Assembly: GCA_963742735.1 (NCBI GenBank)
Contig: CAVUMN010000003.1
Location: 512,001-576,000 of the forward strand
Direction of reading: 5' to 3'
DNA: 64,000 nt
Source of the DNA: an uncultured Actinomycetes bacterium
GTDB lineage: Bacteria; Actinomycetota; UBA4738; JBBDTT01
Part shown: in pieces, positions 10,369 through 20,420 of the stretch
How the letters are laid out: every line of letters starts with the position of its first letter
How positions within the stretch are numbered: the stretch's first letter is position 1
The notes under the pieces: generated by a model
What the model saw: the letters and a program-made list of their open reading frames with translations, nothing else
The model's database searches: none
What the model was told of the DNA's origin: nothing
Made by a program: the position numbers and the translations under genes

Positions 10369-11791
10369 CGTGCGGTGCCGGATCGCTCCGGCGCCGACGG
10401 GCTCGCTGCACGTCGGGAACGCCCGCACGGCGCTATTCAACTATCTGTTCGCCCGCCACAACGGCGGGTCGTTCGTCCTTCGCATCGAGGACACCGATCG
10501 GGCCCGCAGCACCGACGAGGCGATCCAGGTGGTCTTCGACTCGCTGCACTGGCTGGGGATCCAGTGGGACGAGGGCCCTGACGTGGGCGGTCCGTACGGG
10601 CCGTATCGCCAGTCCGAGAAGCTCGCGCGCTACACGGAGGTCACCGAGCGCTTCCTGGCCGAGGGCCACGCCTACCGCTGCTACGACACGCCCGAGGAGC
10701 TCGACGAGCGACGCAAGGCCGCTCTGGCGGCGGGCGGCTCGCCCGGCTACGACGGGCGGTGCCGCTCGCTCACGGACGCGGAGCGCGCCGCGTTCGAGGC
10801 CGAGGGGCGGACGCCGGCGATCCGCTTCGCGATGCCGGGGGAGGAGCAGGTCGTGCACGATCTGATCCGGGGCGAGGCCCGCTTCCCCGCGAAGGACCTC
10901 AGGGACTTCGTCATCGTTCGCAGCGACGGCTCGCCCACGTACATGCTCGCCGCCGCGGTCGACGACGCGGACATGGCGATGACCCACGTGATCCGCGGCG
11001 AGGACCTCCTCCCGTCCACTCCCCGCCAGCTGGCGATCTTCAAGGTCCTGGGCGTCGAGCCGCCCGCGTACGCGCACCTTCCCCTGATCGTGGGGGCCGA
11101 CCGCCAGCCGCTGTCGAAGCGTCACGGCTCGGTGGCGGTGGAGACGTTCCGCCAGGAGGGGTTTCTCCCCGATGCCATGGTGAACTACCTGGCCCTCCTC
11201 GGCTGGTCCTACGACGAGGACACCACGTTCTTCACCCGCGACGAGCTCGTCGAGCGCTTCGACCTGCCCCGGGTCTCCCACAACCCCGCCGCGTTCGACC
11301 GGGAGAAGCTCCTGTGGCTGAACGGGCACTACATCCGCGAGACGCCCGACGACGCCCTGTCGGCGATGTTCGTCGAGTGGCTGCGCACGGCCGGGGTGGA
11401 TGCCGACCAGGCGACCGTCCGGGCGGCGGTGCCGTTGGTGAAGGAGCGGATCAAGACCCTGGCCGAGGTTCCGGAGATGCTGGCCTTCCTGTTCACCGAC
11501 GTGGAGCCGGACGAGAAGGCGCGCGGGTTCCTGGGTCAGGAGCGGGTCGAGCACTTGCGCGAGGTCGCCTCGCGACTGGAGGCCGTCGAGGAGTGGAACC
11601 ACGACGAGCTCAAACGGATCCTGGATGAGCTGCGGGAGGAGCGTGGCCTCAACGCGAAGCAGGGTCTGCACCCCATCCGGGCCGCGATCACCGGCCGGCT
11701 CGTGTCGCCCCCGCTGTACGAGTCGATGGAGCTCCTGGGCCGTGAACGGTCCCTCGAACGGCTCCGTCGCGCGGCCGGCGTGAGCCCGTAG
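10361..11791 (+). CDS. gltX: Glutamate-tRNA ligase
   Basis: APAPTGSLHVGN (HIGH), RIEDTD, THVIRGED, LSKR. Confidence 0.96.
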   Translation: MADVRCRIAPAPTGSLHVGNARTALFNYLFARHNGGSFVLRIEDTDRARSTDEAIQVVFDSLHWLGIQWDEGPDVGGPYGPYRQSEKLARYTEVTERFLAEGHAYRCYDTPEELDERRKAALAAGGSPGYDGRCRSLTDAERAAFEAEGRTPAIRFAMPGEEQVVHDLIRGEARFPAKDLRDFVIVRSDGSPTYMLAAAVDDADMAMTHVIRGEDLLPSTPRQLAIFKVLGVEPPAYAHLPLIVGADRQPLSKRHGSVAVETFRQEGFLPDAMVNYLALLGWSYDEDTTFFTRDELVERFDLPRVSHNPAAFDREKLLWLNGHYIRETPDDALSAMFVEWLRTAGVDADQATVRAAVPLVKERIKTLAEVPEMLAFLFTDVEPDEKARGFLGQERVEHLREVASRLEAVEEWNHDELKRILDELREERGLNAKQGLHPIRAAITGRLVSPPLYESMELLGRERSLERLRRAAGVSP

Positions 11792-11816
11792 GACGCGTGG
11801 TAGGTTCCTGAGCCCG

Positions 11817-12467
11817 ATGGCCAAGAAGACCAAGAAGCGGGGACAGACGCCGGCACGCACGGTTCGGCTCGAGGCACGTGGACGCGCCGGACAGATCAGG
11901 CCGACCAACGAGCGCGCGAAGAAGAAGCGGCGCGCGAACCGCATCACCGCCGGCATCATCACCGTGCTGCTGGCCGGGGCCGGAACGGCGATCACGCTGC
12001 AGATCGTCGGCTCGAGCCGGCCGGAGGGTCCTCCCAGCGGCGTGCGGACGTTCGAGGTCACCGGCCGCGACCACGTGGAGGGGCTCGTCGATTACCCCCA
12101 GACCCCTCCGGTCGGCGGCAACCACAACTCGGTGTGGCAGAACTGCGGGTTCTACGGGGGCTCGATTGCCTCGGAGAACGCCGTGCACTCCTTGGAGCAC
12201 GGCGCGGTGTGGATCACGTTCGCGCCCGACCTTCCGTCCGGCCAGGTCTCCGAGCTGCGGGACCTGGCCGGGAACCGGACCTACGTGCTGGTCAGCCAGT
12301 TCGACGACCTTCCCTCGCCGGTGGTCGCCTCCGCGTGGGGCGTTCAGCTCCGCCTCGAGTCGGTGGACGACCCGAGGCTGGAGCAGTTCGTCGACTACTA
12401 CCGCCAGGGACCCCAGACTCCCGAGCCGGGCGCGACCTGCTCCGGCGGGACCGGAACGCCCAGCTGA
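11817..12467 (+). CDS. DUF3105-type membrane-anchored protein
   Basis: One TM segment; PPVGGNH...WQNCGFY...VHSLEHGAVWI...TPEPGATC. Confidence 0.85.
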   Translation: MAKKTKKRGQTPARTVRLEARGRAGQIRPTNERAKKKRRANRITAGIITVLLAGAGTAITLQIVGSSRPEGPPSGVRTFEVTGRDHVEGLVDYPQTPPVGGNHNSVWQNCGFYGGSIASENAVHSLEHGAVWITFAPDLPSGQVSELRDLAGNRTYVLVSQFDDLPSPVVASAWGVQLRLESVDDPRLEQFVDYYRQGPQTPEPGATCSGGTGTPS

Positions 12468-12471
12468 CGTC

Positions 12472-13332
12472 ATGGACCCGCCCGGTCGGTGGGCTGCGCG
12501 ACCGGGCACCGTTGCGTCCGGCCGTTGGCGCCACCTCCCGGCCATCCTGGTGGCGGCCGCGTTCGTGTTCCCCCTGTGGTTCATGCTGTCCGGCTCGGTG
12601 CGCCCGGCGGGCCTGCCGCCGCCACGCGTCCCCGAGCTCCTCCCGTGGCCGCTCGCGTTCGGCAACTACGGGCGCGCCGTCGAGCTGGTCGACCTTCCAC
12701 GGTACGCGCTGAACTCGCTGATCGTGGTCGGCCTGGCCGTGCCCCTGACCGCGCTGTTCGCGTCCTGGGCCGGCTTCGCGCTGTCGCAGCTCCCGCGCAG
12801 GACCGCGGGAGTGATGGTCGGGCTCTCCCTGGTCGCGCTGATGGTCCCGGTCACCGCCCTGCTCGTCAGCCGGTTCGCGTTGTTCCGCATCCTCAACCTG
12901 ACCGACACGTTCGTCCCGCTGGTGGCGCCGTCGCTCATGGGGACCTCGCCGTTCTACGTGCTGCTGTTCTACTGGTCGTTCAGGCGGGTCCCGAACGAGC
13001 TGTTCGAGGCGTCACGGCTCGCCGGCCTCGGCCCGTTCCGCACGTGGTGGCAGGTGGCGATGCCCCTGGTGCGTCCGGTGACCGTCGCGGTGGCCGTCCT
13101 GGCCTTCGTCTTCACGTGGAGCAACTTCATCGACCCGCTCATCTACCTGTTCGACGCGCGGAAGTTCACGCTCCCCCTCGGCCTTCGCTCGCTCGCCCAG
13201 CTGGACGCCCAGAACTTCCCCCTCGTGCTGGCGGGCTCGGTCATGGCGACGGCGCCCGTGGTGGCCGCGTTCGTGTTCGTCCAGCGGTACTTCCTGCAGC
13301 GGCACCGGGACGCGGGATGGCTGGGCCGATGA
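12472..13332 (+). CDS. Carbohydrate ABC transporter permease (MalG-like)
   Basis: EAA loop (ELFEASRLAG); FTWSNFIDPL. Confidence 0.88.
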   Translation: MDPPGRWAARPGTVASGRWRHLPAILVAAAFVFPLWFMLSGSVRPAGLPPPRVPELLPWPLAFGNYGRAVELVDLPRYALNSLIVVGLAVPLTALFASWAGFALSQLPRRTAGVMVGLSLVALMVPVTALLVSRFALFRILNLTDTFVPLVAPSLMGTSPFYVLLFYWSFRRVPNELFEASRLAGLGPFRTWWQVAMPLVRPVTVAVAVLAFVFTWSNFIDPLIYLFDARKFTLPLGLRSLAQLDAQNFPLVLAGSVMATAPVVAAFVFVQRYFLQRHRDAGWLGR

Positions 13333-14387
13333 GCGGGCTGATCCTGGACCGGGTCTCCAAGTCGTTCGGGGACGTGGTCGCCCTGCGCGGGCTGGAGCTC
13401 GCGGCGGAGGAGGGGGAGCTGCTCGTCGTCGTGGGGCCCTCCGGGTGCGGGAAGACGACGGCCCTCCGCGTGGCCGCCGGGCTGGAGCGGCCGGACGCCG
13501 GCCGCGTGGTGATGGGCGAGCGGGACGTGACGAACCTGGCGCCGGCGAAGCGAAACGCCGCGATGGTGTTCCAGAGCTACGCGCTGTTCCCGCACCTGAC
13601 CGCGGGCGAGAACATCGGCTTCGGACTTCGGGCGCGGCGGATGCGGCGGGAGGAGGTCCAGCTGCGCGTGCGCGAGGCGGCGGCCCTCGTTCGGTGCGAG
13701 GAGGTCCTGGACCGCCACCCCTACGAGCTGTCCGGGGGGGAGCGGCAGCGGGTGGCGCTGGCCCGGGCGCTGGCCCGCCACCCGGACGTGTTCCTGCTCG
13801 ACGAGCCGCTGTCGAACCTCGACGCGCAGCTCCGCGTGGAGACGCGCGCGGAGATCGAGGCCCTCCATCGCCGGCTGGAGGCGACGATGCTCTACGTCAC
13901 CCACGACCAGGTCGAGGCGCTGACGATGGGGGACCGGGTCGCGGTCATGCGCGACGGCGCCGTGGAGCAGGTCGGCACCCCCGAGGACGTCTACGCGCAG
14001 CCGGTGAACAGGTTCGTCGCGAGCTTCATCGGCAGTCCGCGGATCAACGTCCTGCCGCTCACCCACCGGGCCGGCCGGTTCCACGCCGGGCCGTTCACCT
14101 TCGCGATGCGCGGGGCCGACGAGCGGCACGCGAAGCGCCCCCTGGAGCTGGGCATCCGACCCGAGCACTTCCAGATCTCGACCACCGACGGTCCGGCCGT
14201 GGCGACGGTGGCGCTCGTGGAGGTTGCCGGCCCCGAGACGTTCATCCATGTCGACGCCGGCGAGCATCGGCTGATCGTCCGGGCGTCCGGCCTCATGCGG
14301 CCGAAGCTCGGAAGCGAGCTGCGTCTGAGCGTCCGCCGGGCCAACACGCTGCTGTTCGACGCCGAGTCGGGCGAGACGCTGACGTGA
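13329..14387 (+). CDS. Sugar ABC transporter ATP-binding protein
   Basis: GPSGCGKT, LSGGERQR, LLDEPLSNLD, VTHDQ, C-terminal TOBE-like region. Confidence 0.92.
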   Translation: MSGLILDRVSKSFGDVVALRGLELAAEEGELLVVVGPSGCGKTTALRVAAGLERPDAGRVVMGERDVTNLAPAKRNAAMVFQSYALFPHLTAGENIGFGLRARRMRREEVQLRVREAAALVRCEEVLDRHPYELSGGERQRVALARALARHPDVFLLDEPLSNLDAQLRVETRAEIEALHRRLEATMLYVTHDQVEALTMGDRVAVMRDGAVEQVGTPEDVYAQPVNRFVASFIGSPRINVLPLTHRAGRFHAGPFTFAMRGADERHAKRPLELGIRPEHFQISTTDGPAVATVALVEVAGPETFIHVDAGEHRLIVRASGLMRPKLGSELRLSVRRANTLLFDAESGETLT

Positions 14388-15256
14388 GCGGACGCCGAGG
14401 GCTCGTGGTGATGCTCGCGCCGTACCTGCTCGGCCTGGCCGCGCTCGTCGTCGTTCCCGCGGTGATCACGTTCGGCCTGGCGTTCACGGAGTACGACCTG
14501 ATCCGGCCGCCGGACTTCGCCGGGATCTCGAACTTCACGTCGCTGTTCCGCGACGACGTGTTCCTGATCTCGCTGCGGAACTCGCTGACGTTCGCTGCCG
14601 TGGCCGTGCCCCTGCGGCTGCTCGGGGCGCTCGGGCTCGCGCTGCTGTTGCACCGGCGGTTCCGGGGTGTGGGGGCGTACCGGACGGCGGTGTACCTGCC
14701 GACGGTGGTCCCCGACATGGCCTACGCGCTGCTGTGGCTGTGGATCTTCAACCCGCTGTTCGGGCCGCTCAACCTGTTCCTCGGGTTGTTCGGGGACTTC
14801 TCGCCGAGGTGGCTCACCGACCCCACCTCCGCCCAGGCGGCCGTGATCATCATGAGCCTGTTCCAGATCGGGGAGGGGTTCCTGGTGGCCATGGTCACCC
14901 GCCAGGAGATCCCCGGAGAGCTGTACGAGCTCGCCACCACGGAGGGAGCCCGGCCCTGGCACGTGTTTCGGCGGGTGACGCTGCCGATGATGGCGCCGAC
15001 GCTCCTGCTGCTGCTGTTCCGGGACACCATCTTCTCGTTCCAGGCGAACTTCGTGCCGGCCCTGATCGTCACCGGCGGCGGCCCGCCGCCCTACGCGACT
15101 ACCTACCTCCCGCTCTTCGTGTACCGCAACGCCTTCGAGTACCTCCGCTACGGCTACGCGGCCGCCGCGACGCTGGCGATGTTCGTCGTGACGGGCGTCG
15201 TGGTCTACCTGCAGTGGCGCGTCGTCCGCCGCTGGCGTCGCAGCTTCGTGGTCTGA
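14384..15256 (+). CDS. Carbohydrate ABC transporter permease (MalF-like)
   Basis: TM segments; IPGELYELATTEGA EAA loop; YGYAAA. Confidence 0.88.
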   Translation: MSGRRGLVVMLAPYLLGLAALVVVPAVITFGLAFTEYDLIRPPDFAGISNFTSLFRDDVFLISLRNSLTFAAVAVPLRLLGALGLALLLHRRFRGVGAYRTAVYLPTVVPDMAYALLWLWIFNPLFGPLNLFLGLFGDFSPRWLTDPTSAQAAVIIMSLFQIGEGFLVAMVTRQEIPGELYELATTEGARPWHVFRRVTLPMMAPTLLLLLFRDTIFSFQANFVPALIVTGGGPPPYATTYLPLFVYRNAFEYLRYGYAAAATLAMFVVTGVVVYLQWRVVRRWRRSFVV

Positions 15257-15261
15257 GCGCG

Positions 15262-15804
15262 ATGGGGGAGCCCGGCGAGCCCGAGCTCATCGGAGGCGAG
15301 GAGCGGGTGGGCATCACGATCGTGCCCTACGACCCCCGATGGCCGATCCGCTTCACGAGCGAGGCACGGCGGATCCGGGAGGCCCTCGGCGGCCGCGTCG
15401 CTCGCGTCGAACACATCGGGTCGACCTCCGTTCCGGGTCTGGCCGCGAAGCCGATCGTGGATATCCAGCTGGCCGTCGAGAACGCCGACGATGCGTCTGC
15501 ATACCTGCCGGAACTCGAGTCGGCGGGGTACGTGCTGCGGGTCCGCGAGCCCGGTCATCGAATGCTCCGGACGCCGGCGCGCGACGTGCACCTGCATGTG
15601 TGCTCCATCGGCAGCGACTGGGAACGACGACACCTCGTGTTCCGAGACTGGCTGCGTCACGACGAGGCCGATCGGACGCGCTACGAACGGGAGAAGGTGC
15701 GCCTCGCGGGGCAGGACTGGCCGACGATGAACGACTACGCCGATGCGAAGAGCGCGCTGATCGAGGAGATCATGTCCCGAGCGGAACGGTGGGCCTCCAG
15801 GTAG
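15262..15804 (+). CDS. GrpB family protein
   Basis: YDPRWP...EHIGSTSVPGLAAKPIVDI...FRDWLR. Confidence 0.9.
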   Translation: MGEPGEPELIGGEERVGITIVPYDPRWPIRFTSEARRIREALGGRVARVEHIGSTSVPGLAAKPIVDIQLAVENADDASAYLPELESAGYVLRVREPGHRMLRTPARDVHLHVCSIGSDWERRHLVFRDWLRHDEADRTRYEREKVRLAGQDWPTMNDYADAKSALIEEIMSRAERWASR

Positions 15805-15815
15805 TCGGGCCGGTG

Positions 15816-17000
15816 TCAGCCGGGTCCCGGGAGCAGGTCGGCGACGGTCAGCTGTTCGGTGAGCAGCCGTCGGAAGTTGCCGGGGGCCGCGTCGATGAAG
15901 GACCGACAGAGACGCCTGCCGTCCGTATAGGCCGTGGTGTATGCACGCGAACCGGCGTCCGTCAGGAACCCCACGGTCTTCGCGGCGCGCTCGGCGGACT
16001 CCAGGGACCATTCCTGGAGGTACGCCTCGGCTTCCGCCGTGCTGATGCCGTCCTCGTGCAGCATGCGGGCGGCGTTCGTCGCGGCCTCGAACAGGCGCGC
16101 TTCCTCGGCGTCGACGACCTCCGCGACCTCGGGATCGATGCGGACCCCCAGGTCGCCGGCCTCCTCGAGCAGGGCGCGGAGCCCGCCGTCGGCCGTGGCC
16201 ATCTCCAGCGCGTTGGTCGCGATCCCTTCGGCGATCATCGCCTCGGGGGCCGAGACGATGGCCACCGAGGTCTCCAGACGTGATCCGTCCCGGTACAGCT
16301 GGGCCTCCTTGCACGCTCGCTCGGTGTGATGGCCCGGGTAGGCCTCGTGGGCGACGGTGGCGATGAGCGAGAGCAGGGAGATCGGCAGGTCCTCGTTGAC
16401 CTGCACCAAGCTGCGCAGGTCCCCGCGATAGTCGTTGAACGCCCGCCACGGACGGTCGGTGACGGCCTCGAAGTCGACCCGCTCGCCCGGTGGGAGCGCG
16501 ACGATGTCGGTCGTTCGGCGCCGGAGCGCGCCCCGGAGCGCCTCGATCGATTGCGGCATCGTCTCCCGAGGCAGGTTCCCGGCGTCGAGCCAGGCGTTGT
16601 AGCGCGAACGCAGGTCGCCGTTCCCGGGGAGAACCTCGTCGAGCGCTCGGTGGCTCGCCCGGAAGGCCTCCTCGTCCACGTGCCGCGGCCGGATCCCGAA
16701 GCACCGCTCGACCTCGTCGGACCAGGCGATCTCGTCGCCGGCCAGGCGAGACGCGACGCACTCGACCCCGCGAAGCTGGCCGGTCAGCCACCGAACCCGG
16801 TCGGGCTCGACGTCGGAGGTCGGGAGGCCCTCCAGGAGCGCGACGGCCTCCTCGCGCAGGATCTCGGGATCCACGGGCCCCTCCGCCTGGATCCGTCTCC
16901 GAAGCTCGGGCGGCCCGACGTAGGCATCGACGAACCCGTCGACGTGCGCATCCATCCGCAGGCAGAGTGCGACATACCGCTCGATCACGGGCCCGCTCAC
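15816..17000 (-). CDS. DUF885-like putative metallopeptidase
   Basis: HEAYPGHH motif and downstream EG; leaderless TACACT-N6-GTG. Confidence 0.65.
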   Translation of the reverse strand: MSGPVIERYVALCLRMDAHVDGFVDAYVGPPELRRRIQAEGPVDPEILREEAVALLEGLPTSDVEPDRVRWLTGQLRGVECVASRLAGDEIAWSDEVERCFGIRPRHVDEEAFRASHRALDEVLPGNGDLRSRYNAWLDAGNLPRETMPQSIEALRGALRRRTTDIVALPPGERVDFEAVTDRPWRAFNDYRGDLRSLVQVNEDLPISLLSLIATVAHEAYPGHHTERACKEAQLYRDGSRLETSVAIVSAPEAMIAEGIATNALEMATADGGLRALLEEAGDLGVRIDPEVAEVVDAEEARLFEAATNAARMLHEDGISTAEAEAYLQEWSLESAERAAKTVGFLTDAGSRAYTTAYTDGRRLCRSFIDAAPGNFRRLLTEQLTVADLLPGPG

Positions 17001-17050
17001 GGGCGAAGTGTAGGGACCCGCGGTGTAGGGGGCCGGACGTGTCTCCGCAG

Positions 17051-18037
17051 CTACCGGGTCCTGGTGAATCGCCGGAACCCGATCGTTGCCGCGGCTGCGA
17101 GGACGGCGGCCACCAGGGGGCGAGAGATCGGCGGCCCGATCAAGCTTCGATCATGGGCCCGGGCGTCGAACCGCCCGCGCGCTTCGACGTCGGCATGCAC
17201 CGGCTCCCAGAGATTCGCCGGCGCCGACGGATCGGCGGGCTCATCCGCCTGCTGGGAGCGGTACCCCGTCCGGCCGAGATATCGATCCAGCAACCCCGGG
17301 GCGACTCGGTTCGCGAGGATGGTGGCGGCCGTCGGGGCCCCGACCCACACCTCCTTTCGGGGATGCTCGGCGGCCCAGACGATCGCCCGGGCCGCGACCT
17401 CCGGTTGGTAGATCGGCGGGACCGGCCGAGACCGCTTCGGCAACCGCGAGAGGACCCAGTCGAACTGGGGCGTGTTCACGGCGGGAAGGTGCACCTGAAC
17501 GATCCGGATCCCGCTGTGATCGTGGATCAGCTCGGTGCGTACCGAGTCGGTGAACCCTCGAACCGCGTGCTTCGCGCCGCAGTAGGCGGACTGCAGCGGG
17601 ATGGCCCGGTACGCCAGCGCCGAACCGACCTGGACGATGACGCCCCGGTCTCGCGGGCGCATGCGGCGCAGGGCCGACATCGTCCCGTGGACGACGCCCA
17701 GGTAGGTGACGTGGGTCACCCGCTCGAACTCCTCGGGCTCGACCTCCACGAACGGCGCGAACACCGACGTCATCGCGTTGTTGATCCAGACGTCGATCGG
17801 CCCCAGCTCGGCCTCCACCCGGTCCGCCGCCGCCTCGACCTGGTCGAACTCGGCGACGTCGGTCGGAACCGCGAGCGAACGAACGCCGGAAGCCTCGAGC
17901 TCCTTCGCGGTCGCATGAAGACGTTCGCTGTCCCGCGCCAGGATCGCCACGTCGGCGCCTCGTTCGGCGCAGCGGCGGGCGACGCCTCGTCCGACGCCGG
18001 CGGATCCCCCGGCCACGAGCACGACGCGTCGTTCCAT
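17051..18037 (-). CDS. Short-chain dehydrogenase/reductase
   Basis: GGSAGVG, NNA, YCGAK; PVPPIYQPE subfamily tail. Confidence 0.92.
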   Translation of the reverse strand: MERRVVLVAGGSAGVGRGVARRCAERGADVAILARDSERLHATAKELEASGVRSLAVPTDVAEFDQVEAAADRVEAELGPIDVWINNAMTSVFAPFVEVEPEEFERVTHVTYLGVVHGTMSALRRMRPRDRGVIVQVGSALAYRAIPLQSAYCGAKHAVRGFTDSVRTELIHDHSGIRIVQVHLPAVNTPQFDWVLSRLPKRSRPVPPIYQPEVAARAIVWAAEHPRKEVWVGAPTAATILANRVAPGLLDRYLGRTGYRSQQADEPADPSAPANLWEPVHADVEARGRFDARAHDRSLIGPPISRPLVAAVLAAAATIGFRRFTRTR

Positions 18038-18077
18038 CCCCGCGTTTCTACCCAGGTTCGCGGGTAGTACCTCTCAC
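18038..18077. promoter_or_regulatory. Overlapping divergent SigB/SigF-like promoters
   Basis: GTTT-N14-GGGTA on + (18044-18066); CTACCC/GGGTAG inverted pair gives a GGGTA on each strand 11 nt before each start codon. Confidence 0.55.
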
Positions 18078-19922
18078 GTGGAGCAAGCAATACAGCCACC
18101 GATCGGCGACTACGCGCTCATCGGGGACACCCGCGCGGCCGCCCTGTCGTCCACGAGCGGATCCATCGACTGGCTGTGCCTGCCACGGATGGACTCCGAC
18201 GCGGTCTTCGGCCGCCTGGTGGGGGGTCCCGACACCGGGCACTTCTCGATCACGCCAACGGGTGTGCGGGAAGTTCGCCGTCGGTACCGCGAGGACTCGG
18301 CGATCCTCGAGACGACCTGGACGACGGAGTCCGGCGAGGTCGTCCTGACCGAGGGCATGGTGCTCGACGTCAGCTCGTCGCTGATGCCTCAGATGGCGTT
18401 GGTTCGCCGGCTCGAGTTTCGGGGCGGACCCGCTCGCGTCCGGATCGAGTTCTCGCCGCGCTTCGGTCTCCCCGGCCCACGGCCCCGGGTTCGTCTCGCC
18501 GGGAGCTCCGTCGTGTGCACGCGAGGCGGGGTCGCGCTGTCGATGCAGACGTCGACGGGGAAGACGGTGGAACCGGAGGTCACGCACGAGTGGACGCTCG
18601 GTCCCGAACCGGCCGTGTTCGTTCTCGGCATGACCGATCGCCAGCCGCTCGTCTTCGTGGATCCATCCAGGGCGTGGCGCGAGCTCGAAGCGTGCGACGG
18701 GTGGTGGCGCGAGTGGTGCCGTGACATCGACTACGACGGCCCGTTTCGCGAGTTGGTGATGCGCAGCCTCGTCACGATGAGACTCCTGACCTACTCACCC
18801 TCCGGCGCGCCGGTGGCCGCGCCCACCACCTCCCTGCCCGAGGTGATCGGGGGCGATCGCAACTGGGACTATCGCCTGTCGTGGCCGAGGGATGCCGGGA
18901 TCGGGATCTCCGCGTTCCTCCAAGCCGGTCTGCGGGAGGAGGCGGACGCCTACCTGCACTGGCTCGCGCATGCGTCCCGTCTGAGCCGTCCGCGGCTGGA
19001 GGTGCTCTATTCGCTCCTCGGCCGGCCGGGACCGGACGAACGCGAGGTCCCCGACGTCACCGGCTATCGGGGAAGCCTGCCGGTACGGATCGGGAACGCC
19101 GCCTCCTCACAGCAGCAGCTCGACGTGTATGGATGGGTGCTCGACGCGGTCCGCGCCATGTCGGAGCATCCGCAGGGTCTCGATCCCGCGATCTGGAGAT
19201 CGATGGCGCCCTTCGCCGATTACGTCACCAGGCACTGGGGGGACGAGGACTCGGGGATCTGGGAACGACGAGACCGGCCCGCCCACTTCGTCCACTCGAA
19301 GGCGTGGGCCTGGCTCGCCCTCGATCGCGCGCTCGCGATCGCGTCGCGACATCCGGTTCGGGCATCGCGTGCCCGCCGATGGGCGCGCGCCCTCGACGCG
19401 ATCGCCGCCGACGTCCGTGCTCGCGGGTTCGACACGGAGCGGAACACGTACGTGCGCGAGTACGGCCGCCCCGAGGTGGACGCCGCCCTGCTGCTCCTGG
19501 CGGGAAGCGGCTTCGAGCCCGATGCGGCGCGCCTGGCGGGGACGGTCGCGGCGGTCCGTCGCGAGCTGGGGGCGGGTGGATCCCTGCTGTTCCGACACCT
19601 TCCGGACTCGGGAGACCCGGTCCCGCGCGAGGGAGCGTTCGTCGCGTGCTCTTTCTGGCTGGCGCAGGCCCTGGCGCATCTCGGCCGGCTCGACGAGGCG
19701 GCCGAGGTCATGGAGGACGTCGGTGGCAGGGCGAACGAGGTCGGCCTCTTCGCCGAACAGCTCGAACCGTCGACGGGCGAGCACCTCGGCAACTTCCCAC
19801 AGGTGCTGAGTCATTCCGCGCTCGTGCAGGCCGCCGTCACGCTCGGAGCGGAACGAGGGGAGGCTCCTACCGCGGCTGGAGGAACCCGCCGAGGATCGCC
19901 CCGTAGAGGACGTGGGCGATGA
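18078..19922 (+). CDS. Glycoside hydrolase family 15 (trehalase/glucoamylase-like)
   Basis: IGDYALIGD, PTTSLPE...RNWDYR, GIWE, GLFAEQ, GNFPQ. Confidence 0.92.
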   Translation: MEQAIQPPIGDYALIGDTRAAALSSTSGSIDWLCLPRMDSDAVFGRLVGGPDTGHFSITPTGVREVRRRYREDSAILETTWTTESGEVVLTEGMVLDVSSSLMPQMALVRRLEFRGGPARVRIEFSPRFGLPGPRPRVRLAGSSVVCTRGGVALSMQTSTGKTVEPEVTHEWTLGPEPAVFVLGMTDRQPLVFVDPSRAWRELEACDGWWREWCRDIDYDGPFRELVMRSLVTMRLLTYSPSGAPVAAPTTSLPEVIGGDRNWDYRLSWPRDAGIGISAFLQAGLREEADAYLHWLAHASRLSRPRLEVLYSLLGRPGPDEREVPDVTGYRGSLPVRIGNAASSQQQLDVYGWVLDAVRAMSEHPQGLDPAIWRSMAPFADYVTRHWGDEDSGIWERRDRPAHFVHSKAWAWLALDRALAIASRHPVRASRARRWARALDAIAADVRARGFDTERNTYVREYGRPEVDAALLLLAGSGFEPDAARLAGTVAAVRRELGAGGSLLFRHLPDSGDPVPREGAFVACSFWLAQALAHLGRLDEAAEVMEDVGGRANEVGLFAEQLEPSTGEHLGNFPQVLSHSALVQAAVTLGAERGEAPTAAGGTRRGSPRRGRGR

Positions 19923-20343
19923 AGGCGACCGCCGGAGTCTGCAACCCGTAGTTCAGCCCCAGCAGGCCGGGTGGCTCCAGCACGGCTCCGAGCCCGGGAC
20001 CGGCCCGCTCGGTGGCCATCCGGGGATGGACCCCCCCCACGAGCGGGACGATCACGGTGAGCGCCACCAGGCCGTGTACGGCGCCGAAGGCCGCGCCCAG
20101 CATCCAGGTCGCGCTGCCGATCAGCGAGAACGCCGCCGCGTAGACGAGGGCGAAGGTCTGGCCGGCGCCCAGATGGAGGAAGAAGCCGACCACTCGTGCG
20201 CGATCGATCGGCGCGACGAAGGCCGAGCCGAGCATGAGGGGGATATCGAGCCGGGACCAGCCGGCCAGCTGGGCGCCGACCATCACCGCGGTCAGGACGA
20301 CCGTGGCGATGAACCCGAAGGTGGCCCAGCCCGCCCAGTCCAT
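19867..20343 (-). CDS. Hypothetical membrane protein
   Basis: Four hydrophobic helices; HPRM...EPPG...HVLYG. Confidence 0.7.
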   Translation of the reverse strand: MDWAGWATFGFIATVVLTAVMVGAQLAGWSRLDIPLMLGSAFVAPIDRARVVGFFLHLGAGQTFALVYAAAFSLIGSATWMLGAAFGAVHGLVALTVIVPLVGGVHPRMATERAGPGLGAVLEPPGLLGLNYGLQTPAVAFIAHVLYGAILGGFLQPR

Positions 20344-20420
20344 GGCCCCGCGTAGATACCCAGCAGCCCCGGGCTGTACGCTCGGGGAGCGGGGCCATCG
20401 CTCGACGAAAGGGAGGTTCG

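Noticed and set aside
19867-19922. 56-nt convergent overlap between GH15 and the membrane gene
   Set aside because: Short 3' overlaps are common in high-GC genomes; no further signal.
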